64,000 nucleotides of DNA from Muribaculaceae bacterium (lineage in GTDB: Bacteria; Bacteroidota; Bacteroidia; Bacteroidales; Muribaculaceae), in contig JAFLTT010000003.1 of assembly GCA_022509165.1 (NCBI GenBank), positions 92,919 through 156,918 of the forward strand, read 5' to 3'. Shown in pieces: positions 56,543 to 64,000 of this stretch. Every line of letters starts with the position of its first letter. Positions within the stretch are counted from its first letter, which is position 1. The notes under the pieces are model-generated. The model was not told the origin of the DNA and did not search any database. It saw nothing but the letters and a program-made list of their open reading frames with translations. The translations under genes were made by a program, and so were the position numbers.

Positions 56543-56700
56543 TTTGTTGAGAGTTTTTAGTTAATTAAAAAACTTTTCTTCAAAAAGGGGAAAAAGCCTG
56601 CTCTCTCATGGCTCTTCCTTTTTTCAAAAAGCTCTGCAAAGTTACAGAAATTTCCCCTTTTTCACAATACTTACGTAAATTTGCACTGACCGACAGGATA

Positions 56701-58197
56701 ATGAATCAACCCTTAATAATATCTCTGGTAATCGCTCTCTATTTCGGAGCTCTTATTCTGATAGCCCATTTTTCATCGAAAGGGGCTAACAATTCCACAT
56801 ATTTCACAGGCAACCGTAATATGGCGTGGCCCCTGGTAGCACTCGCCATGGTTACTGCTCCTATCTCCGGACTCACCTTTATCTCTGTGCCGGGAATGGT
56901 AGCTTCTAAAGGCTTTTCCTACCTGCAGATGTGTTTGGGATTTATAGTAGGTTATTTCCTGATTGCATGGGTGCTTGTGCCTCTTTTTTACAGGCATAAG
57001 ATTATTTCTATCTATAGTTTTCTCGACAACCGGTTCGGACGATCCACTTACAAGACCGGTGCCTGGCTTTTTCTAATTTCAGAAGTGCTCGGCATAGGAG
57101 TGAGATTCATGGTAGTATGTGTGGTATTGCAGTTGCTGGTTTTTGAGCCACTCAACCTTCCCTTCGCTCTAAATGTGGCTGTCACCATGTTCCTGATTTG
57201 GCTTTACACAGCCAGAGGAGGTGTGAAATCAGTTATCTGGTCAGATAGTATCAAGAGCATTATACTTATATCATCTGTCATTGTATGTTTCATTTTCGTA
57301 TCCGATAGTTTAGGGATTTCTTTAAAAGAGGTTCCGGGAATTATTGCCGACCATCCATCATCCAGAATTTTCCATTTCGACAACATAATGGAGAGTTCTT
57401 ATTTCTGGAAACAGTTTCTTACCGGAGTGTTTATAGTGGTGGCCATGACCGGACTCGACCAAGACCTTATGCAAAGAATTCTGGCATGCAAGAACCCAAA
57501 AGATTCAAGAAAGAACATGGCTGTTAGCGGAGTGTTACAGTTTGTGGTGATTGCTCTTTTTCTCGCATTGGGAGTCCTTTTGATGCTTTATATGGAGAGA
57601 CATGCCATTGAAATGCCTCAAAAAACAGATGATATTTTTGCCACAGTAGCTTTTGATTCTGAAATACCTATGGTGATAAGTATCATTTTCATTCTCGGCC
57701 TTGTGTCTGCATCTTATTCATCCGTTGGTTCGGCCCTCACCTCACTCACCACATCTTTTACTGTGGATATTCTGGAAGGTACAAAGAAATATGAGGAAAA
57801 AGAACTTAAAAAGAAAAGGAAACTTGTACATACAAGTATGGCATTAGTAATGGGTATAGTGATTATAGCCTGTTATTATCTCAATGAGCAAGACGCTATA
57901 AGCGCATTATTCACATTAGCTTCATATACTTACGGACCAATCTTGGGATTATTCACATTCGGAATCTTTTCTAAGCGTCAGGTAGAGACTAAATGGATTC
58001 CCGTGATTTGTATCATGTCACCGGTTCTGTCATGGCTTATTGCCCATGGAGCGAAAGCGTTATTCAATTATGAAACAGGTTATGAACTCTTTCTGCTTAA
58101 TGCTCTTCTCACCATCGCGGGCCTTTACCTTCTCCCGGCCCCATCCCCTGCTAACGAAACGGATTCCTCCTCTATTCCCGCTTCCGACCTTGCCTAA
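56701..58197 (+). CDS. Sodium:solute symporter family transporter
   Basis: Polytopic membrane protein with SSF-like segments. A -7 box TAAATTTG at 56676-56683 argues for the ATG at 56701 rather than the track start at 56608. Confidence 0.8.
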   Translation: MNQPLIISLVIALYFGALILIAHFSSKGANNSTYFTGNRNMAWPLVALAMVTAPISGLTFISVPGMVASKGFSYLQMCLGFIVGYFLIAWVLVPLFYRHKIISIYSFLDNRFGRSTYKTGAWLFLISEVLGIGVRFMVVCVVLQLLVFEPLNLPFALNVAVTMFLIWLYTARGGVKSVIWSDSIKSIILISSVIVCFIFVSDSLGISLKEVPGIIADHPSSRIFHFDNIMESSYFWKQFLTGVFIVVAMTGLDQDLMQRILACKNPKDSRKNMAVSGVLQFVVIALFLALGVLLMLYMERHAIEMPQKTDDIFATVAFDSEIPMVISIIFILGLVSASYSSVGSALTSLTTSFTVDILEGTKKYEEKELKKKRKLVHTSMALVMGIVIIACYYLNEQDAISALFTLASYTYGPILGLFTFGIFSKRQVETKWIPVICIMSPVLSWLIAHGAKALFNYETGYELFLLNALLTIAGLYLLPAPSPANETDSSSIPASDLA

Positions 58198-58237
58198 TCA
58201 AATCCTTCTCCCGGAATCCGGTCAAGATCTATGGAAA

Positions 58238-58264
58238 AGGGGTGAGAGCTTTACTCTCACCCCT
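58238..58264. terminator. Bidirectional terminator between the symporter gene and galE
   Basis: AGGGGTGAGAG-CTTTA-CTCTCACCCCT, flanked by an A-tract and a T-tract. Confidence 0.8.
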
Positions 58265-58293
58265 CTTTTTATTTCCGGTTGCAATTATATTTT

Positions 58294-59319
58294 TTATTTC
58301 CGGTTGCAGTTGCACTGCCATTGCCAGGCATTCCGCATCGTGTCTTTTATGTCGGCCTCGGCTTTCCATCCAAGCACATGATTCGCTTTATAAGGATTGG
58401 CCCAGATCTTTTCAATGTCTCCTGCCCTTCTTGGTCCGATCTTATGTGGTACTTTTACTCCGGTTGCCTCCTGGAATGCATTTATAAGTTCCAGGACTGA
58501 GAGTCCGTTACCTGTACCAAGATTAAATATCTCTATAGCGTCATGATCCTGGCCGTTGAGCATTCGTTCCATGGCAATTACATGAGCCTTGGCCAGGTCT
58601 ACTACATCAATATAGTCTCTGATACAACTTCCGTCGGGGGTATTGTAATCATCACCGAAAACGGTAAGTTCAGGCCTTATACCGGCTGCTGCCTGTGTAA
58701 GGAAAGGCACAAGATTTTGCGGCACTCCTAAAGGCAACTCTCCAATACATCCGCTCGGATGTGCTCCGATAGGATTAAAATATCGCAAAATGATGCTCTT
58801 TATCGGAGCCCCACTTGCTACATAATCTTCAATTATTTCCTCAGAAATCTGTTTGGTATTGCCATAAGGTGATGTAGCGCATTTTATAGGAGCCGTCTCG
58901 TCAATGGGATTTACATCAGGCTCGCCATAAACTGTGCATGAAGATGAGAAAACTATTCCTTCAACTCCATATTCCGGCATGAGTTGAAGCAGATTTATAA
59001 GTGTATTGAGATTGTTGCGGTAATACAGCAACGGTTTCTGCACACTTTCTCCTACTGCCTTGGAAGCCGCGAAATTTATGATTCCTTTGATACCCGGATT
59101 GTCTTCAAAAAGTTTTTTCAAGGTCTCAAGATCTGTACAATCGCCCTTTACAAAAACAGGACGTTTACCCGTAATCTTTTCGATACCATCGATTACCTTC
59201 TCATTGCTATTGGAAAGATTGTCGATAATCACCACATCATAGCCGGCGTTCATCAGTTCCACCGTGGTGTGTGAACCTATATATCCGGTACCTCCGGTCA
59301 CCAATATTTTCTCTTTCAT
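58294..59319 (-). CDS. galE: UDP-glucose 4-epimerase
   Basis: 'ILVTGGTGYIGSH' and the 'YGNTK' catalytic motif. The start at Met12 avoids overlap with the upstream gene. Confidence 0.93.
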   Translation of the reverse strand: MKEKILVTGGTGYIGSHTTVELMNAGYDVVIIDNLSNSNEKVIDGIEKITGKRPVFVKGDCTDLETLKKLFEDNPGIKGIINFAASKAVGESVQKPLLYYRNNLNTLINLLQLMPEYGVEGIVFSSSCTVYGEPDVNPIDETAPIKCATSPYGNTKQISEEIIEDYVASGAPIKSIILRYFNPIGAHPSGCIGELPLGVPQNLVPFLTQAAAGIRPELTVFGDDYNTPDGSCIRDYIDVVDLAKAHVIAMERMLNGQDHDAIEIFNLGTGNGLSVLELINAFQEATGVKVPHKIGPRRAGDIEKIWANPYKANHVLGWKAEADIKDTMRNAWQWQCNCNRK

Positions 59320-59320
59320 A

Positions 59321-60220
59321 TTAAAAAAGTTTTTGAGGATATAGGCCTTCATCCACCAGTTTCTTAAACTGGGCTACAGTTGCATCTCTGTCTGCTGCGT
59401 AAGTAACGCCAAACCATTTGGAGGGAGTGGGAAGAACCTTAAGTTGTACCTTACCATCGGTGATAAGTTCATTCACCACTGTGGGGATATAGAATTCGGC
59501 TTTCAGTTCATCATGATTCTTTTCAAGGAATTTTAAGAATGATTCCAAGGAATAATCAAAATAGTCAGGTGTAAAGCCCCACATGTTCATAGAAACTGAG
59601 GCACCCTCCGGGAATTCCTTTTCCTCATCATCCACAACATGGATAAGTTTGCCATCCTTTCTCTGAATACCATGACATTCCACTACACCGGTGAGATTAC
59701 CCTCTTCGCTCACTTCACAAAGGCCGCGCGACACTCCTCCGTTTTCACTCAGAGTATTCTCCACATTGAAACCAATCATGCAGTAGCAGTCCTTCTTTCC
59801 TTCCACTGATTTGAGGAAATCCGCAAGGATCTTGAAACTCTCGGCTCCGTAATAATCATCTGCATTAATCACTGCAAAAGGTTCCTTTATCACATCTTTT
59901 CCCATAAGCACGGCATGATTTGTGCCCCATGGTTTCTTACGTTCCGGATTTGGTTTATAACCACCGGGTATATCGTTGATATCCTGGAAAACAACTTCTA
60001 CCGGGATATGACCTTCATATTTTGAGATAACTTTATCACGGAATTCCTGTTCGAAATCATGACGGATAACGAATACAATTTTGCCGAATCCGGCTCTCAA
60101 GGCATCATAAACAGAATAATCCATGATGGTCTCGCCACTCGGGCCCAGACCGTCGAGCTGCTTGAGGCCTCCGTAGCGGCTTCCCATACCGGCAGCAAGT
60201 ATAAATAACGTAGGTTTCAT
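59321..60220 (-). CDS. Sugar-phosphate nucleotidyltransferase family protein
   Basis: The N-terminus 'ILAAGMGSRYGGLKQ' is the NTP-transferase signature G-x-G-t-R. Confidence 0.8.
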   Translation of the reverse strand: MKPTLFILAAGMGSRYGGLKQLDGLGPSGETIMDYSVYDALRAGFGKIVFVIRHDFEQEFRDKVISKYEGHIPVEVVFQDINDIPGGYKPNPERKKPWGTNHAVLMGKDVIKEPFAVINADDYYGAESFKILADFLKSVEGKKDCYCMIGFNVENTLSENGGVSRGLCEVSEEGNLTGVVECHGIQRKDGKLIHVVDDEEKEFPEGASVSMNMWGFTPDYFDYSLESFLKFLEKNHDELKAEFYIPTVVNELITDGKVQLKVLPTPSKWFGVTYAADRDATVAQFKKLVDEGLYPQKLF

Positions 60221-60240
60221 TGCAATGGTGTTTTTATTAT

Positions 60241-61404
60241 TTATGAGTTTAAGGTATATTCTTCAAGTCCCGGTAAGGCTAAAGCCTTGGGTTTTCTTAC
60301 TAAGCGTGATAAAAGAAGGAAAAAATCAAACATTACAATCTTGGAGTTACCGTTACGCTCCACGTCCCGGATTGCTCTGGCTATTTCTTCCGAAAGTTGT
60401 TCCACATTACCATCATGAATAAATGGAGCAAAACGGCTGCTGAAATTCTCCTCCTCACGCGTCATAAGCACTAATGTAGGTAACTGATAATTATAAATAT
60501 AATTTTCTCTTATCATCCGGCTGCAATAATTGAGAAACCTTATAAGTTTCTCTCGGCCGAAAGAAGCAGCCGATTCAGACAGCTCTTTTAGTTTTTTAGC
60601 CTTTAGAGCGTAAGCTGCCCTCATAGTCTCTTTGAATAAGTCGGAAAATTCTAACAATTCATCGGGATAGCATGCTATTTCATCAGCCTTTTGAAGACTT
60701 CCCTCAGAAATACGCGCTGCATCTGAGGCTATTTCCCGGCTTACACCATTTTCTATAAGCATGGAACACAATGTGTCTTCACTCAGAGGTTTGAAATGGA
60801 ATCTTTGAGTACGGGAAAATATAGTGGGAAGAATTTTGGTATCGTTATTGCTGACAAGAATGAAAATAGTATCTTCAAAAGGCTCCTCTATGGCCTTAAG
60901 TAATTTATTGGCCGCCTCGGTTCTCATCTTTTCAGGAAGCCAGATAATAAAGATTTTAAATTCTTCCTGGAATGACGACAAGGAAGCCCTGATTATCAAA
61001 TCTTCACTTTCATCTACGAAGATTGCCGGCTGAGAATTTCCTGCCTTTATCAATTCGTTCCATCGCTCGGGAGGCATATAACTATACTCATCGAGCATTT
61101 CGCGCCATTCTTCGATAAGGTCTTTTGATATTAGCGCTCCCTCTTTCTTGATAATAGGGTAAATGAAATGCAGGTCAGGGTTATTATGTTTCTGATGCTG
61201 AAGACAGGAAGGACAAACTCCGCAAGAATCTCCGTTTTTTCGATTCTTACAATGTATATATTGTGCAAGAGCGCGGGCAGTCCTGAATTTACCTATGCCC
61301 GATATGCCTGAAAAGAGTAATGCATGGGGTATTTTCCCCGAGTCTACCAAATCCCGGAGGGTGGATTTTATCTCTTCATGACCTGTAATGTCTGAAAATT
61401 TCAC
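60241..61404 (-). CDS. holB: DNA polymerase III subunit delta'
   Basis: 'HALLFSG..GIGK' P-loop-like motif, a Zn module 'C..C.SC' and an 'SRTQ' sensor motif. Confidence 0.85.
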   Translation of the reverse strand: MKFSDITGHEEIKSTLRDLVDSGKIPHALLFSGISGIGKFRTARALAQYIHCKNRKNGDSCGVCPSCLQHQKHNNPDLHFIYPIIKKEGALISKDLIEEWREMLDEYSYMPPERWNELIKAGNSQPAIFVDESEDLIIRASLSSFQEEFKIFIIWLPEKMRTEAANKLLKAIEEPFEDTIFILVSNNDTKILPTIFSRTQRFHFKPLSEDTLCSMLIENGVSREIASDAARISEGSLQKADEIACYPDELLEFSDLFKETMRAAYALKAKKLKELSESAASFGREKLIRFLNYCSRMIRENYIYNYQLPTLVLMTREEENFSSRFAPFIHDGNVEQLSEEIARAIRDVERNGNSKIVMFDFFLLLSRLVRKPKALALPGLEEYTLNS

Positions 61405-61484
61405 CTTATTACCTGATCATCATGCTACTTCACAAAATTAAGTAAAATTTATGTGGCTCACAAAATTTAAAGTATATTAGAGGT

Positions 61485-64000
61485 ATGGAACCTATTCTAA
61501 AAACCATAGCCCGGGCTTATACCAAAAGATATAGTAATCTAAAGGAATTCTGTTTTATTTTTCCTAATAAACGGTGCAGATTTTTCTTAGAGAAATATTT
61601 AAGAGAATGTGGTGTGGCAAAAGACTCCATGCCAACCATTCTTTCCATCACTGATTTTGTAAGTTTCATAACTCAGAAACAGGAAGCCGGACATATTACC
61701 CAACTTTTCACCCTATACAACTCATACCTGGAAATCCTCAATAATGGGGAATTAAAGGAAGATGAGGAACCGGCTGTGGATTTTGAAAGTTTTAAAAACT
61801 GGGGAGAGATAATTTTAAGTGATTTCAATACGGTTGACCTTAATATGGCGGATCCGGAAATCATTTTCAAAAACATAAAGGATTATAAAGAAATCTCATC
61901 CAACTTTCTAACTGATGAACAGAAAGAGGTGATGAAAGATTACTTCGGCGTGGAAGTCTTTTCCGATCCTAATGAATTCTGGAAGCATTTTCAGCCACCT
62001 TTGTCTCATTTAAAACAAGAATTTATAAACCTTTGGCAAATCCTTGCTCCTCTTCATAAATTATTTATCAGCAAACTTCAGAACCTTAATACAGGCACTG
62101 CAGGAAGTCTTTTCCGCGAAGCAGTGTGTAAACTGGAAAAGGAAGACGCCGCCATCCTCCCATATAAAAAGATTATTGTAGTAGGGTTTAATGCTATTAA
62201 TGAAACGGAACGTAGGATATTCAATGCCTTACTCAAAAATGGGGACAGTACGGAATCTGATGATTATATAGACTTTATCTGGGATGCGGCCGGACCCTTC
62301 CTTAATAGCCCTGATTTCTCGGCATCTAAATTTGTTGTTTCCAATATGAAGCATTTCCCCATGCCTCAATGGTTCCTTCCTATTCTCAAAGAACATGAAG
62401 TAACAGGTTATCCTGAAATTAATATTATCTCTTCTCCTTCCAACACTACTCAGGCTAAAATAGCCGGTGGCATATTGAAAGAATTTGCCATGGAAGAAAA
62501 AAAGAGAGGGAGAGGTCAAAAGATTTTTGAGCAATCTGAAGTTGCTCTCGTGCTCCCGGATGAGACCTTGCTCACAAATATGCTGTATTCTTTCCCGGAA
62601 GATATCCGAGACATAAACCTTACCATGGGAGTGAGCCTGCGGCAATCAGCCATTTCTACTTTCATGTCTCTTCTTCGTAGAGTATTTGCAACAGCTCGTG
62701 AAACTAAAAACGGTTATCTCTTTTTTGTAAGAGATCTTAATATCTTTTTCACCCATTCATACTCTCAGTTTTTATTAGGAAGTAAAGAAATATCACAATT
62801 TCTGGATTTTACCCGTAAGTATCATAAGGTATCAGTTAATATTAAGGAAATCACTGAATATATTCCGGGAGCTGCTGAAATCCTTAATTTCCCCTCAAAA
62901 AAAGAGAGAAAGGATGCAATTTTCATCTATCTGAAAAATCTGTTCGGAAAATTAAAAGAAAGTATCCCTGCATCTTTGGAAAATAAAGATTTATACCAAG
63001 ACCTTGAGAAAAATAAAATTTATTCAGAATATGTAGATGAGTTGCAAAAAATAATAAACGACTTTAATATCCGGATGCAACCCCTCACTATTCTAAGTAT
63101 AATCGACCGTTTGGTTGCTTCTGAAAAAATTGGATTTGAAGGGGAACCACTAAGAGGTCTGCAGGTAATGGGAACTTTGGAAACCCGAGTCCTGGACTTT
63201 CCTCACATTATAATTCTTTCAATGAATGAGGGAATCATGCCTCGCAAGGCTTCCTCTTCTACATTCATTCCTGAAACTTTACGAAAAGCCTATGGTTTGC
63301 CACCGGCTCGTTATTCTGAAGAAATCTTCGCTTATTATTTCTATCGGCTTATAAGCAGGGCAAAAAAAGTGACCCTAATTTACGACGGAAGAATAATGCA
63401 AGGCACACGGGGAGGAATTTCAAGATATCTGCTTCAACTTCTTCAGTATGTACCAAAGGAGAAAATAAAGGAAGAAGCCTTCCAATTTAACTTCCAACCT
63501 TTGGAACCTCATGATGCTTCAGTAAAGATCACTCCGGAAATTAGAGAGAAAATTGACACATTCTCTAAAGAAGGGGACGGAAACCGTAATTTTTCTGCTT
63601 CAGCTCTTAATTCTTATCGGGAATGTGCCCTTAAATTCTATTATCAATATATTCTAAATTTAAGTTCCGATCCCGATCCGGGCGATTATATCGGCGCTAT
63701 TTCCGTAGGAGATATTCTCCATGCCGTGATGATGGACTTATACATGCCGTCTGAGAAGCAAAAAAAACTTCTCACAACCCCCATGGTAATCACCAAAGAA
63801 TTTTTAGTGAATATCCTGGATAATCCGGGTATCATCTCCACATTAATAAACAAGCATATACGGGAAATTTACTATGGAACAAAAGATAAGGGAAAGTCTG
63901 TAGAAATTTCGGGTATTACAGAAATTGTGGCAAACCAGATTCAGGAACTCGTAGAGGCGATTGTAAAACATGACATTGACCTCGCTCCTTTTAATCTGTA
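61485..64000 (+). CDS. PD-(D/E)XK nuclease family (AddB-like) protein, 3'-partial at the window edge
   Basis: By manual translation the frame is open from the ATG at 61485 to the window end (MEPILKTIARAYTKRY...LRGLQVMGTLETRVLDFPHIIILSMNEG...). It is absent from the track because no stop is reached. Confidence 0.7.
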   Translation, partial: MEPILKTIARAYTKRYSNLKEFCFIFPNKRCRFFLEKYLRECGVAKDSMPTILSITDFVSFITQKQEAGHITQLFTLYNSYLEILNNGELKEDEEPAVDFESFKNWGEIILSDFNTVDLNMADPEIIFKNIKDYKEISSNFLTDEQKEVMKDYFGVEVFSDPNEFWKHFQPPLSHLKQEFINLWQILAPLHKLFISKLQNLNTGTAGSLFREAVCKLEKEDAAILPYKKIIVVGFNAINETERRIFNALLKNGDSTESDDYIDFIWDAAGPFLNSPDFSASKFVVSNMKHFPMPQWFLPILKEHEVTGYPEINIISSPSNTTQAKIAGGILKEFAMEEKKRGRGQKIFEQSEVALVLPDETLLTNMLYSFPEDIRDINLTMGVSLRQSAISTFMSLLRRVFATARETKNGYLFFVRDLNIFFTHSYSQFLLGSKEISQFLDFTRKYHKVSVNIKEITEYIPGAAEILNFPSKKERKDAIFIYLKNLFGKLKESIPASLENKDLYQDLEKNKIYSEYVDELQKIINDFNIRMQPLTILSIIDRLVASEKIGFEGEPLRGLQVMGTLETRVLDFPHIIILSMNEGIMPRKASSSTFIPETLRKAYGLPPARYSEEIFAYYFYRLISRAKKVTLIYDGRIMQGTRGGISRYLLQLLQYVPKEKIKEEAFQFNFQPLEPHDASVKITPEIREKIDTFSKEGDGNRNFSASALNSYRECALKFYYQYILNLSSDPDPGDYIGAISVGDILHAVMMDLYMPSEKQKKLLTTPMVITKEFLVNILDNPGIISTLINKHIREIYYGTKDKGKSVEISGITEIVANQIQELVEAIVKHDIDLAPFNL

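Noticed and set aside
56608-56700. I considered the extended N-termini suggested by the ORF track: the symporter at 56608, typA at 56216, galE at 59352 and rsgA at 51742.
   Set aside because: The internal Met codons align with conserved N-terminal motifs such as the G1 box and the Rossmann GxGxxG. They also avoid overlaps with upstream genes or promoters, so shorter starts were preferred.

Overview
The window looks like a Bacteroidota (Bacteroidales-like) chromosome segment. This call rests on TTTG-N19-20-TAnnTTTG promoters, CTn-type genes and a murF-alr fusion. It has three parts.

(1) 1 to ~20.3 kb is visibly AT-rich accessory or mobile DNA.
- It begins with the tail of a conjugative-transposon-like element: DUF3871-like, RadC/JAB, PcfK-like and PcfJ-like genes.
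- A strictly co-oriented run of small orphan genes follows. These include secreted proteins, a WG-repeat protein, a possible NADAR-like protein and an archaemetzincin-like lipoprotein.
- The gene blocks are punctuated by a conserved inverted-repeat family, (G)CGTACATTTT-N31-33-AAAATGTACG(C).
- Next come an aberrant tRNA-Lys(UUU)-like gene and a type I R-M island (hsdM-hsdS-ORF6N-hsdR). The island is bracketed by 43-nt direct repeats of the tRNA-Lys 3' half.
- A GNAT-toxin and small-ORF pair closes this part.
- No integrase, transposase or recombinase gene is present anywhere in the window.

(2) 20.4 to 34.3 kb holds accessory metabolism. It carries YjbQ, DUF362 and a P-loop kinase, followed by a redox/detox cluster under HxlR- and AraC-type regulators and an MFS exporter. 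A nitroreductase remnant lies within it.

(3) 34.3 to 64 kb is core housekeeping.
- Genes: xseA, DUF4831, nnr, murF-alr, tRNA-Cys, rsgA, cdaA-folP, typA, rpsO, a Na+/solute symporter, galE, a nucleotidyltransferase, holB and a partial AddB-like nuclease.
- It also holds a contiguous nine-gene cluster on the minus strand: pyrC-carA-carB-pyrK-pyrD-pyrF-pyrE-pyrB(+PyrI zinc domain)-xseB. This cluster has a leader ORF plus terminator attenuator.

The most unusual signals are the hairpin-delimited cassette array, a ~160-nt nested hairpin upstream of the first cassette, and the two abnormal tRNA-Lys-like units flanking the R-M island. All functional calls come from reading motifs by eye; no database search was run.
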